Part shown: positions 9,938 to 19,191 of the stretch, in pieces
Numbering within the stretch: the first letter of the stretch is position 1
Layout of the letters: every line of letters begins with the position of its first letter
Translations under genes and position numbers: made by a program
The notes under the pieces: model-generated
Databases searched by the model: none
The model's input: only the letters and a program-made list of their open reading frames with translations
What the model was told of the DNA's origin: nothing
NCBI GenBank assembly: GCA_017992195.1
Contig: JAGOPC010000014.1
Location: 1 to 23,090, forward strand
Source of the DNA: Patescibacteria group bacterium
GTDB taxonomy: Bacteria > Patescibacteriota > Gracilibacteria > Absconditabacterales > Absconditicoccaceae
Direction of reading: 5' to 3'
Length of the DNA stretch: 23,090 nucleotides

Positions 9938-10483
9938 CTAGCGAAATGTAAACGTGCTGAATGCTCTTTGGATGTCTTCGCGGTGGCCTGAGAACTCAGC
10001 CGTTGGTGCGAGATATGTCATGACGTAGATGGTTTGGTCTTTGATCGTGTAGACTTGATTTCGTGAGAAACTTTCGCTCAGGTAGTAACCACTAAACGAG
10101 ACCTCTTTTGCGGGTTGTCCGTCTACATTAATATTGCTCGCCTCTCCTCCGTGAAAATCTGCAATCACTCATCTCAGTTGCTTCATCGTTTGTGAAACAT
10201 AGAGATCGAGAGACATGTCGCTTGGCACTCCTTCTCTGGTGACATTGAAGCTTGGTGTGTACTCCCCGATATCAGGAGAAGTCACGGTTGCTACGAGATA
10301 TGGACTCGTCGCGCCGGTCATAACAATCCGGTTATTTGGATACGCAAAAGAAACATGTTTTTCAGCATCCACAAAAACATTCTTATACAAGAGCGTGTTC
10401 CCGTAGCGGACCCACATGATACCACCCACAACAAGCAATGCTGCGATAGCGATCAGGAGCCACGAAAGCCATTTTTTCTCCAT
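9938..10483 (-). CDS. Hypothetical membrane-anchored protein, 181 aa (single N-terminal TM helix, extracytoplasmic alpha/beta-looking domain)
   Basis: Track ORFs 10169..10588 and 9938..10168 are contiguous in one frame and joined by TGA at 10169-10171. The likely start is ATG 10481-10483 (MEKKWLSWLLIAIAALLVVGGIMW...). The stop is TAG 9938-9940. No family was recognised with confidence. Confidence 0.7.
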
Positions 10484-10591
10484 ATTTTGTTTCGCGACAA
10501 GAAGGTAAATTACCACACATATAATCAATTTTACAGTAATAGCAAGTAGATTACACGGAGAATTGCGGCTCCCCACCACTACTGACAAGTT

Positions 10592-11302
10592 TTATTTTTC
10601 TGATCCTATAGTTGCCTTATCGTTAATTGATAATCCTACACTTCGTAAGTGGAGGTGCTCATCCGCTACTCATTTATAGAGTCTGTCTCCTACAAGCGGA
10701 TAGCCGATACCCGCAGCATGCGCGCGGATCTGATGGCGGATTCATTTCGTGATGATAGCATACGCGCAGGTCATATTGCGCGCTTCATCATAATACAAAG
10801 GCACAAAAAACGTTTTTACTAGATGGTGCTTACTGCGTCATTTTTCACTATCACGTTCATGACGAACAACGACCATCTTCTGGTCATCATACGCGTGATG
10901 CATCAGCGGATAGGAAACACACAGCGCTTTCTCCTGCACGCCCGTCTCATACGGACTGTCAGTCCGCATCACCTGCGTATCAGTATGAATAAACTGCAGC
11001 ATATTTCATTGAACCTCACACAGATATCGTTTGACGACATTTCACTCCTCCTGCAAAGAGTGATATCGCTGGGCGATCTCTTTTGATTTTGCAAAGTAGA
11101 GCAATCATGCAGTATCATTGTCCAATCTATTGAGCAATCCTCGCTCCTCCTCTGCACTCCGCGCCTTTGCAAGCTCGACCAAAAAAGCAGGACGCTCATT
11201 CTCCAGTTGCTCCATACACGAAAACTGGGATCCGAACGTTGTCGGCATCCCCTGTGGTTTTCGTAGATAGTAAAATTTTTCATCCTCGTATCGCTGCAAC
11301 AT
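10592..11302 (-). CDS. RluA-family pseudouridine synthase, short form, 236 aa
   Basis: Track ORF 11105..11302 (…RGLLNRLDNDTA) continues in frame through TGA at 11105, 11042, 11006, 10838, 10742 and 10670 to TAA 10592-10594. The catalytic motif is LNRLDNDTA[G]LLYFAKS and the C-terminal motif is IRHQIRAH, both characteristic of RluA/RsuA-type pseudouridine synthases. No N-terminal S4 domain is evident. Confidence 0.85.
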
Positions 11303-11323
11303 TACAACCGATAGTAGTTATTG

Positions 11324-13531
11324 TTACTGCGCTTTCAATGGTTGATCTACCGGCATTGGCGGAGGTGTTGCTTCCGGAAGAGAAGGCTGCGGAAATTGTA
11401 CGGTTACTCATTTGAGATTACTCTTTGAGAAGAGATGCGCAAATTGCGTATTGATGAAATAGTACGTAGTTCCCATATATCCGACTCTTGGCATAAGAGA
11501 GCTCAAGATCCATGGATCTATAACATTACTCACTGGCGTTCCATAATTATATGGATATTTTAGCGACTCCTTATAGTCGATTGATATCGTCTCGCGAAGA
11601 CCTTCCGGACTAAGTGTTCGTCCCTTCATACCGGCGAACTCCGTGATCGATATATCCTGCGGATAACAATCTTTTCTGATCTCGACACCATTGCGATCAT
11701 AGACGACAGTACATTGCTGTGATTTCTCTGTTCTTGCGATCGCAAGAGGCAGAAGAAGCTCCTTCGTCGCAGAGTTAAACATAAACATCCTTGGATTGTA
11801 CATAGCTTCAGTCTGACTACCCTGACCACCCAGAGTTTTTGTCCATGCCTGTACTACTGAAACATTTCCTGCAGTATCTTTCTTTGCAAAATCAATCTTG
11901 TACAGATCTAATTTTATCCCGTCCTGCCTTTCGTTACCATAAATATCCAGCGAAGTATTGAATCCTAATCCGATAAGATACTGGATATTTCCTTGTCTTG
12001 GCCCATACGGATGAAGATAGGCGCTGTATCCAGGCATCTTCAATTGTCCTATGATGGTAGGTTTTGTCACATCACTCATATTGATAACGAATAATGGATC
12101 GATCTGACGATAGGTGACCAGATAGAGATAATTATCGATAAATCTCACTCCATGAAACTGTTCACCCGGCGCAATACGCTCGAGCTTTCCTACAGCCTTT
12201 CCCTTTCCGTCTATCGTATAGACATTCGTAGCGACTCTATTCATAGAGTCTGACGAGTCACTGGTCACTATTCTGAAAATCCCATTACTCTCGTCCATAC
12301 TATACTGACTGTATGTTGTTCCCTTCACTGCGGTTGAATAGTTATACCCAAGTGTCGGTAGTGAGAATTGATGAACGGTTGTATAGGTTCCCTGAGTCCG
12401 CATAGGCATGATACATCTTGCGTTGATAGGACAACGCATTGGTATATTCACATATGAAGGAGAAGTAAGATACAATGAATTTTTCGTCACATGGACTTGA
12501 GAACTATTTCCCATCACCACTTTTATCGTTGGAGCAACACGTGGGGTGTCGAGAGAAAATGTAATAATACTCGTGAGCGACTGTCACCATCAATAATGTG
12601 TATTTCCCTTGGGATCAGGTTTTTTATAGAGCACATTTGTACAGTCAACTTGCGTCGTACTTTTCGCTGTAGTAAATCTCTGTGTTCCGTTCCTATAGGT
12701 AATTGTTGTCGGCTGCATAGAGGTCCAACTTGGCAACAACTGACGACTCGTAAAAGCAAAATCTGTTGGCTTGATCGTCTGACTCGTAGTGGTTTGCATC
12801 GCCTTGTCGCGCATCATGTAGACCGGACCTCGTGTAAAGCTCTGTGAAGTTATGAGCACCAACTTACCATCGACAACTCTGCTCTCTTGGATGTAGCCAT
12901 CGTACTCGTACGCACTTTGTAGTTTCGGCGCTTTCGGATTGGTTATATCATAAATCATCACCGTCGCTTTCTGATCACGCGCTATCATACTGGTTTCGTA
13001 TGCATTATACGCATAAGGCGCAGCTTTACCGCCAACCACGATAAGCATTCCCTTGTGTAAAAAAATCTGCGTACCCCACACATCCTGAGGCAAAGAGATA
13101 CTCGCTTCCACTCTACCAGCGGTCGCGGCAGCAACGATATGTATCTTACGAGCACTATTTGCGTCAACATAGTAGATATACTTACCGTCATTTTTGATCA
13201 CATCCGGCTCGTCGACCCCGGTTTTCTGATTGTTTGTTTGAGAAAAGTCTCCTGCACCACCACCAGCACCCTTACCATCAGCACTGAGAGCCTCCCTCGT
13301 CGCAGCATCATTCATGATCACTCCTCCGCGCACCGGTCCGAAAGATCCCCCATTCCGATTACTCATAAAATATTCTTTAAATACTCCTTCTACTTCCGCG
13401 CACGACTTTGCCTGGATCAACGTAGGATCCCACGATGGTGTTGTTGTCTCAGCCGCTGAAGCGACCCCTGTTACTAAAAATAATGAACCCATAACCACGG
13501 CCATACCGGCCCCCAAATACGACTTATTCAT
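11324..13531 (-). CDS. Secreted beta-propeller domain protein (COG4880 / PF09826-like), 735 aa
   Basis: Track ORFs 12590..13531 and 11408..12520 share one frame and are joined through TGA at 12590-12592 and 12584-12586. The apparent stop at 11408-11410 is also TGA, and reading on adds GVTVQFPQPSLPEATPPPMPVDQPLKAQ before TAA 11324-11326. The N-terminal signal peptide is MNKSYLGAGMAVVMGSLFLVTGVASA. The stretch SQTNNQKTGVDEPDVIKNDGKYIYYV resembles the start of the Beta_propel family. Confidence 0.8.
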
Positions 13532-13639
13532 AAATACGTAAAATAAGGAGATAAAGTTTACCTATCTATTGAACGTCTACAATAGCAGATATGTGACACT
13601 ATTTTATCTATTAAGTCTTGATGAATATTACCCTTGGCA

Positions 13640-14224
13640 TTAATGAGAGTGCGCTTTTTGCACGTCATCGCGAAGCGCATTCAGGATATCCTGGAAGACC
13701 TCTTCGACAGACTTTGTCCCGTCAATCTTGACGAGTGTGCCAAAGTGTTCTATATATTCAATGATCGGCGTCGTCTGCTCATAGTAGGTACTAATACGAT
13801 TTTCCACGCTCTCTCTCGTATCGTCCGGACGGCCTCTTTGCATAGCGCGTTCCACGGCGATCTCCTTCGGTACGTCTATCCGGATACCGATCAGCTCACG
13901 CTTGTTTCTGTACATTCTGTCAAGAAATGAGTGCATTTGCGGGATATCGCGAGGAAAGCCATCAACGATCATCTTCTGATCGTCACGCAGTGTCACATAG
14001 AATGCATCGAAAAGCGAGACAACAAGCGCATCATGGATCAGCTTCCCCTGCTCCATCAAGATCCTGATATATGAGCCGATAGCGTTATCATTTGACTCTA
14101 AAGCACGAAGAACAGCCCCGGACTCAAAGTAGCGATACTGCCCCATAAAGTGTTCAACTAGCTTTTTTGCCTGAGTCCCTTTTCCCGATCCCTGGGCTCC
14201 AAATAAGACGATATCCTTTAGCAT
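13640..14224 (-). CDS. adk: Adenylate kinase (short LID form)
   Basis: The 194-aa ORF has P-loop GAQGSGKGTQ, then ...GKLIHDALV...DGFPRDIPQ... It runs from ATG to TAA with no TGA codons. Confidence 0.95.
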   Translation of the reverse strand: MLKDIVLFGAQGSGKGTQAKKLVEHFMGQYRYFESGAVLRALESNDNAIGSYIRILMEQGKLIHDALVVSLFDAFYVTLRDDQKMIVDGFPRDIPQMHSFLDRMYRNKRELIGIRIDVPKEIAVERAMQRGRPDDTRESVENRISTYYEQTTPIIEYIEHFGTLVKIDGTKSVEEVFQDILNALRDDVQKAHSH

Positions 14225-14293
14225 TCTGACGAATAAGAGGGTAAAATGGCTTAAATTACCCTTAATCTATAGGGAAAGAGCCTCTTGAATCAA

Positions 14294-14321
14294 TTGAAAG
14301 TATCCCCTTGTATTTTAGAAT
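14294..14321 (+). promoter_or_regulatory. Candidate sigma70-type promoter for the cold-shock gene
   Basis: TTGAAA (14294-14299), a 16-nt spacer, then TAGAAT (14316-14321). This would leave a 5' leader of roughly 50 nt before ATG 14380. Motif match only. Confidence 0.35.
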
Positions 14322-14379
14322 ATCATCCATATACTATCGACGGACATAGTTCCGATTTATCTAATATCAACACATCATA

Positions 14380-14574
14380 ATGAGAGGTACAGTAAAATTC
14401 TTCAACACTACTAAAGGTTTCGGTTTCATCAAAGAAGATGGTAGCGAGGCTGAACATTTCGTTCACGTTTCTAACGTAACTAACGGAACTGGAACACTTG
14501 CTGAAGGGCAAACAGTTGAGTTCGAAATCCGCGAAGGAAGAAACGGAAAAATGGAAGCATACGACGTTAGATAG
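14380..14574 (+). CDS. cspA: Cold-shock protein (CspA family)
   Basis: The 64-aa ORF has RNP1/RNP2 motifs KGFGFI and HFVHVS and ends at TAG. Confidence 0.95.
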   Translation: MRGTVKFFNTTKGFGFIKEDGSEAEHFVHVSNVTNGTGTLAEGQTVEFEIREGRNGKMEAYDVR

Positions 14575-14625
14575 TATTCGAACGCGAAACAACTTCTTAT
14601 TATAGAATATATAATACCGAGGTTT

Positions 14626-14651
14626 AAATCACCCCCAGGGGTGATTTTTTT
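14626..14651 (+). terminator. Intrinsic terminator downstream of csp
   Basis: The sequence AAATCACCCC-CA-GGGGTGATTTTTTTT is a G/C-rich hairpin followed by a T-run, about 50 nt after the csp stop. Confidence 0.75.
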
Positions 14652-14708
14652 GTAATATCTTTTTAAAATTATTCATTTAAAGTTTCTTTTTTTACGCTCC
14701 CCGCTAGG

Positions 14709-14742
14709 GGTTACTTTTTGGTCATCGCCTCAAAAAGTAACC
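14709..14742. repeat. Perfect 12-bp inverted repeat (hairpin) in non-coding DNA
   Basis: GGTTACTTTTTG (14709-14720), a 10-nt loop GTCATCGCCT, then CAAAAAGTAACC (14731-14742), which is the exact reverse complement. No U-tract follows on either strand, so it is not a canonical terminator. Confidence 0.6.
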
Positions 14743-14918
14743 AAAAACGGCTAGGCAAATTCAGCATTACGACATATTATTATTCACGATTCACTACGAC
14801 GCATCTCCACCCCCATTGCATGGGACCCGTGTCGACGCTAACACCAGCGTGTATATTACGCAACACTAGAAGAGTCATAAATGAATTTGCCCCCATACAC
14901 CGAGAAAATTCTGCATTT

Positions 14919-14949
14919 AAAAAAATCCCTTCCGATGCGTCGGGAGAGA
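14919..14949 (-). terminator. Intrinsic terminator of the rplM-rpsI / ribosomal operon
   Basis: The minus strand reads TCTCTCCCGA-CGCA-TCGGAAGGGA followed by TTTTTTT. This is a 10-bp stem with one mismatch and one G:U pair, about 80 nt downstream of the rpsI stop. Confidence 0.6.
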
Positions 14950-15030
14950 TCTTTCATAAGGGCATAAGAAATTGTGTATTCGTATTAACCCTACTATATG
15001 ATAATGAATAATGTTTGCAAGGATTAACGA

Positions 15031-15465
15031 TTAACGCTTTGACCACTTTGGTCTCTTTCTCGCTTTCTTGAGACCTGGTTTCATACGCTCCTTTGATCTC
15101 GGATCTCTTTTCAGAAGTCCAAAAGGTTTAAGCATAGCTCTGAGTTCAGGATCCCATTCGATAAGAGCTCTTGCAAATGCAAGTTTGATAGCGTCAGACT
15201 GACCCGCGATACCACCTGATGTGATCTTGATCTCAGCGTCGAACTTATTGACGTTATCTTTACCTGTCGCTACGATAGGGAACATAGCCTGCTCATACAT
15301 ATGATGATTCCCACCAAAGTACTCTTTGAGAGTGATAGTTCCCTCCCCCTTCACAAGAGTATAATTACCTTTACCCTGTGGGAAAAGTTTCACTACTGCA
15401 GTAGCTTCTTTTCTTCTTCCTACAGCATACTTATAGTTGCTTGTTTTCTTCGCTGCTGCTGTCAT
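15031..15465 (-). CDS. rpsI: 30S ribosomal protein S9
   Basis: The 144-aa ORF contains GRRKEATA...GGGIAGQSDAIKLAFARAL and the C-terminus ...ARKRPKWSKR. Confidence 0.97.
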   Translation of the reverse strand: MTAAAKKTSNYKYAVGRRKEATAVVKLFPQGKGNYTLVKGEGTITLKEYFGGNHHMYEQAMFPIVATGKDNVNKFDAEIKITSGGIAGQSDAIKLAFARALIEWDPELRAMLKPFGLLKRDPRSKERMKPGLKKARKRPKWSKR

Positions 15466-15466
15466 A

Positions 15467-15922
15467 TTAGTCTATAAGAGTAGGATGTAAATTATCATAT
15501 TTATCAGTGCTTGTCGTGAAGAGTTTCAGTCTCTTCATGCGGCTATCTCTGAGCTTGTTCTTTGGAAGCATACCTCTTACCGCAAATCGAAGCGGATCAG
15601 TAGGTTTCTTTTGCAACATCGTCTGGAGGTTCTTTGATTTAAGATTACCTTTCCATCCGCTGTATGAGTAATACATCTTCTGCATAAGCTTCTTTCCTGT
15701 TACATTGATCTTGTCCGCGTTTTCAACAACGATAAACGCTCCTGCATCCCGGAAGTCAGTATAATTAGGAGTATTTTTACCCATAAGAAGGTCTGCACAG
15801 ATCACTGCGAGTTTTCCAAGAGTCTTACCTTGGGCATTGATCTTATACCACTTTCTATGCTTTTCGAGCTCTTCTGGCTTCGTATAAAGCGTTGTATTGA
15901 GGTCCTTTTTCGTAAATGTCAT
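15467..15922 (-). CDS. rplM: 50S ribosomal protein L13
   Basis: The 151-aa ORF contains WYKINAQGKTLGKLA...VVENADKINVTGKK...YSGWKGNLK. Its stop is 1 nt from the rpsI start. Confidence 0.97.
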   Translation of the reverse strand: MTFTKKDLNTTLYTKPEELEKHRKWYKINAQGKTLGKLAVICADLLMGKNTPNYTDFRDAGAFIVVENADKINVTGKKLMQKMYYSYSGWKGNLKSKNLQTMLQKKPTDPLRFAVRGMLPKNKLRDSRMKRLKLFTTSTDKYDNLHPTLID

Positions 15923-15967
15923 TTTACAATAAATTTATAAATTATAAATTTTCAATTGCTGCTTCTA

Positions 15968-16360
15968 CTAGATAAGTCTGAGAAGTATCTTCTCTGCACC
16001 GTCACCTTTTCTGTAACCGACCTTATAGTCAGCAACGTAACCGAACTTCTTTCCTTCGGCCTTATATTTAGGCATGAGTTCGTCGACAACCTTCTTACCC
16101 TCCGCTTCAGAGAAGATAGTTGACTTCACAATCCTGATAGCCTCTCTTCTGACATCTTTCTCATCAGCATACATATCGAATAGCCCTACGAGTCTTCAGA
16201 AAAACTTGTCAGCATATGACTTCATCACCTTTGCACGCTTGCTGGTTGTTGTCATCTCACCTGTTCTGATGAGATTCGTCAGCATCGTTCTGAGGAGATT
16301 CGATCTTGTCTGGTGCTCACCTGTAGTAAGTTCGATGAGCTTATTGTGCTTATGTCTCAT
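15968..16360 (-). CDS. rplQ: 50S ribosomal protein L17, 130 aa
   Basis: Track ORF 15968..16174 is only the C-terminal half. In-frame extension through TGA at 16196-16198 reaches ATG 16358-16360 and gives MRHKHNKLIELTTGEHQTRSNLLRTMLTNLIRTGEMTTTSKRAKVMKSYADKFF[G]RLV..., an L17-type N-terminus (MRH...TT..KAK). It sits in the expected position after rpoA. Confidence 0.9.
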
Positions 16361-16445
16361 TTTCTAAGTTGATGTATAAAGTTAAATAGTATATTAGTCA
16401 TAAGGTTCAACCCCTGCTCATTGCATTCGCTGGGTTTCTCCTTAA

Positions 16446-17441
16446 TTAACCCGCCAGTCCCTTACCGATATTTTGGAGAGACACAACGATCTCATCAATT
16501 GCTTTCTTACCGAGACCCTTCATAGAAAGAAGCTCTACTTTCCTCTTCTTCTCAAGATCTTCTACGTAAAGAATTGAGTTCTTGATCAATGCGTTTCTTG
16601 TTCTTTCACTGAGTGGAAGAGCGTCGATAGGCATAGTCTTGATGTTCATCTCTTCAGGAAGAATTGCTTTTTCCTCATGGAGATCTTCATACTCAACAAG
16701 CATATTGCTGTCGATGTAGACCTCGTCGAAGACGAAGAGTTTTGCATATGATGCCAACACCTCTCCCGCGAAAGACATAAACTCCTTTGGTGAGATAGTT
16801 GGGTATTTTGATTGTACTTCTATGATAAGATTATCTTTGAGACCTCCCTGGAAGTCGTCGATAACTTCTTCCACTTCATATTTAACATATTCAACAGCCT
16901 TGAAATCATTGTCAACGAGCAGCAAATGGATATCACTTTCACCCATCTTCTCCTCCCTTCTTCTGAGCCGGTCAACACTGTAGTAGCCGTATCCTTTTTC
17001 GACACGGATATCGAAGATAAGTTCTGTTCCCGGGTCTGATATTTCACACAGGTACGCATCCTCATCGAGAAGCTCGATACCTGAAGGCAACTTAAGATCT
17101 TTTGATGTATAGACACGAGCTCCCTTAAATTTCTGAGACACCCACTGCAATTGTTCTACCTTATCAGAGATAGAGAAACGAAGATTTTTAAAGTTCTGCA
17201 TCACGTCGATCACTGACTCTTTCACACCATCGATAACATGATACTCGTGTGGTACACCTTTAATTTTCATAGCGGTGATACCTCCTCCAACATTGTAACC
17301 AAGGATGACTCTTCTCATCGCATTTCCGATCGAGTGTCCAAATCCTCTTGGAAGGTAATTCACTTCAAATCTCATAGTTGTCTCATTGACTGTGTGTGCT
17401 TTGATCTTAGGCGCACCAATATATTTTTGTATATCCAACAT
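16446..17441 (-). CDS. rpoA: DNA-directed RNA polymerase subunit alpha
   Basis: The 331-aa ORF has an N-terminal domain (...PRGFGHSIGNAMRRVIL...) and a C-terminal domain (...PLSERTRNALIKNSILYVEDL). It lies between rpsD and rplQ and has no TGA codons. Confidence 0.97.
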   Translation of the reverse strand: MLDIQKYIGAPKIKAHTVNETTMRFEVNYLPRGFGHSIGNAMRRVILGYNVGGGITAMKIKGVPHEYHVIDGVKESVIDVMQNFKNLRFSISDKVEQLQWVSQKFKGARVYTSKDLKLPSGIELLDEDAYLCEISDPGTELIFDIRVEKGYGYYSVDRLRRREEKMGESDIHLLLVDNDFKAVEYVKYEVEEVIDDFQGGLKDNLIIEVQSKYPTISPKEFMSFAGEVLASYAKLFVFDEVYIDSNMLVEYEDLHEEKAILPEEMNIKTMPIDALPLSERTRNALIKNSILYVEDLEKKRKVELLSMKGLGKKAIDEIVVSLQNIGKGLAG

Positions 17442-17496
17442 CCGGCAGACGGGACAAAATATAAAAGATTATAGTAAGTGGTTAATTACGTAATAA

Positions 17497-18114
17497 CTAT
17501 GCTCTCGCGTAGAATTCAATCACCTTAAGGACGTCAGCTGGAAGATGAAGTTCTGATACGTCAGGAAGGTCAAGCACTTCAACAGATTTGTCTCCTTTAT
17601 TTACCTTAAGCCATGCAAGTTTGCTATCTGCGCTGTCAAATGCTGACTGATAGAGCGCACCACCTGCAACTTTGTCCCTTACTTTAATAATGTCGCCCGC
17701 TTCTACATAGTACGAAGGCACATTATGTTTCTGTCCATTGAGAGAAAAGTGACCATGAGATACCATCTGTCTTGCTTGCATGATAGTCTTTGCAAGTCCA
17801 GATCTAAGGATCACGCTGTCCATTCTTCTTTCAAGAAACTGCATCACTGCCTTATCATGGTCTGTACCCTTATTCTTCGCATACTTAAGAGCGACACTAG
17901 AAACAAGCTTTCTGAACTGCTTCTCAGACATGAAGTACATTCTCTTGAGTACCTGCTTATTTCTAAGCATTTTACCGTACTCAGAAAGTCTTGGCATGTT
18001 TGCTCCATGCTGTCCAGGGACTCCTCTTCTCTTTTTTACGTCGTATTTAGGTACGCCGAAAAGATTGATTCCCTCTCTTCTTGCTAACTTAAACTTAGGT
18101 CCTGTATATTTCAT
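17497..18114 (-). CDS. rpsD: 30S ribosomal protein S4
   Basis: The track ORF starts at ATG 18132 (MESLLHMKYTGPK...). The internal ATG at 18112-18114 gives the canonical S4 N-terminus MKYTGPKFKLARREG, so it is preferred. The S4 domain is near the C-terminus. Confidence 0.93.
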   Translation of the reverse strand: MKYTGPKFKLARREGINLFGVPKYDVKKRRGVPGQHGANMPRLSEYGKMLRNKQVLKRMYFMSEKQFRKLVSSVALKYAKNKGTDHDKAVMQFLERRMDSVILRSGLAKTIMQARQMVSHGHFSLNGQKHNVPSYYVEAGDIIKVRDKVAGGALYQSAFDSADSKLAWLKVNKGDKSVEVLDLPDVSELHLPADVLKVIEFYARA

Positions 18115-18162
18115 GTGTAATAACGATTCCATTATAAAGAGTAAAATAGGTGCGTTTATTCC

Positions 18163-18576
18163 TTACATTCTCTTTGGTCTATATCCTTTTGTTCCTCCGT
18201 GTTGCAAAGCAGTTTCTTCTTTGATCCACAAGATATCGATAAGACCGAGATCGTTGATAGCCTTGAAGACACCATCTCTTCCCATACCTGCTCCTCTGAA
18301 GACAATACCGACCTGTTTAAGTCCTCTCTCGTCTCTTGCCTCTTTCATCACATTCTTCGTGAGCATCTCAGCTGCGTAAGGAGTATTTTCCTTTGCTCCT
18401 TTAAATCCCGCGCTTCCCGTACCGCTTCCTGAAATTTTATTTCCCTTTTCATCGGTAAGAGTGACGATCGTATTGTTCTCTGTTGTTTTCACATAGAGAA
18501 TACCCGAAGCGATCTTCGTATTTTTCTTTTTCTTCGCCTTTTCTTTGGCCGGCGCTGCTGCTGGTGTTGTTGCCAT
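18163..18576 (-). CDS. rpsK: 30S ribosomal protein S11
   Basis: The 137-aa ORF contains ...NNTIVTLTDEKGN...GSAGFKGAKENTPYAA...VFRGAGMGRD...TKGYRPKR. Confidence 0.97.
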   Translation of the reverse strand: MATTPAAAPAKEKAKKKKNTKIASGILYVKTTENNTIVTLTDEKGNKISGSGTGSAGFKGAKENTPYAAEMLTKNVMKEARDERGLKQVGIVFRGAGMGRDGVFKAINDLGLIDILWIKEETALQHGGTKGYRPKRM

Positions 18577-18639
18577 GCAAGTGTAATATATAAACGTAAT
18601 AAATAGATCTAGTATAGATTACTCATAAGTGATGAGCAA

Positions 18640-19014
18640 TTACTTCTTAAGAACTGGTCTCACCTTTGCCCTTCCGAGAAGTTTCTTCGCAGTACGACCA
18701 TTTTTTCTTGTCGCCTGTCCTCTTACAGGAAGACCCATATTGTGTCTCATGCCTCTGTAGCACTTGATTTCCTTGAGTCTCTTGATGAAAGCATTCACTT
18801 CACGTCTGAGATCGTTCTCTACGAGATACTCTTTCAGTTCATCGGTGATTCTCTTTTCATCCTCTTCGGTGATCTCTTTCACTTTTTTGAAAGGATCGAT
18901 ACCAAGTTTCTCCAAAATAGTCTTTGATCTTGCTCTTCCTACACCGTAAACGGCAGTAAGACCAATCCAAATATTTTTCTGTTCTGGAATGACGTGTCCT
19001 TGAATTCTAAGCAT
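18640..19014 (-). CDS. rpsM: 30S ribosomal protein S13
   Basis: The 124-aa ORF contains LTAVYGVGRARSK...YRGMRHNMGLPVRGQATRKNGRT. Confidence 0.97.
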   Translation of the reverse strand: MLRIQGHVIPEQKNIWIGLTAVYGVGRARSKTILEKLGIDPFKKVKEITEEDEKRITDELKEYLVENDLRREVNAFIKRLKEIKCYRGMRHNMGLPVRGQATRKNGRTAKKLLGRAKVRPVLKK

Positions 19015-19050
19015 TTGCTGATGATCTATGAATAATAAATAATAGTGAAA

Positions 19051-19164
19051 CTACCCTTGTCTCTGCTTATGTTTCACATTTTCACAAATAATGAGAATTT
19101 TTCCTTTTCTCTTAATAGTCTTACACTTATTACAGATTTCTTTTACTGACGATCTTACTTTCAT
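19051..19164 (-). CDS. rpmJ: 50S ribosomal protein L36
   Basis: Not in the track because it is under 60 aa. The minus-strand ORF from ATG 19162-19164 to TAG 19051-19053 gives [37 protein letters not shown], the canonical L36 sequence pattern. It sits in the expected position between infA and rpsM. Confidence 0.9.
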   Translation of the reverse strand: MKVRSSVKEICNKCKTIKRKGKILIICENVKHKQRQG

Positions 19165-19191
19165 CGAGATGGGGATATAATGTAGGTAAAT

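Noticed and set aside
14323-14592. 89-aa minus-strand ORF.
   Set aside because: It is entirely antisense to the well-supported cold-shock gene and has no recognisable features.
14718-15011. 97-aa + strand ORF in the csp/rpsI intergenic region.
   Set aside because: It has a TTG start inside a 12-bp hairpin, runs through the rpsI terminator, and has no family resemblance and an odd composition. The region is treated as non-coding and flagged as a possible RNA instead.
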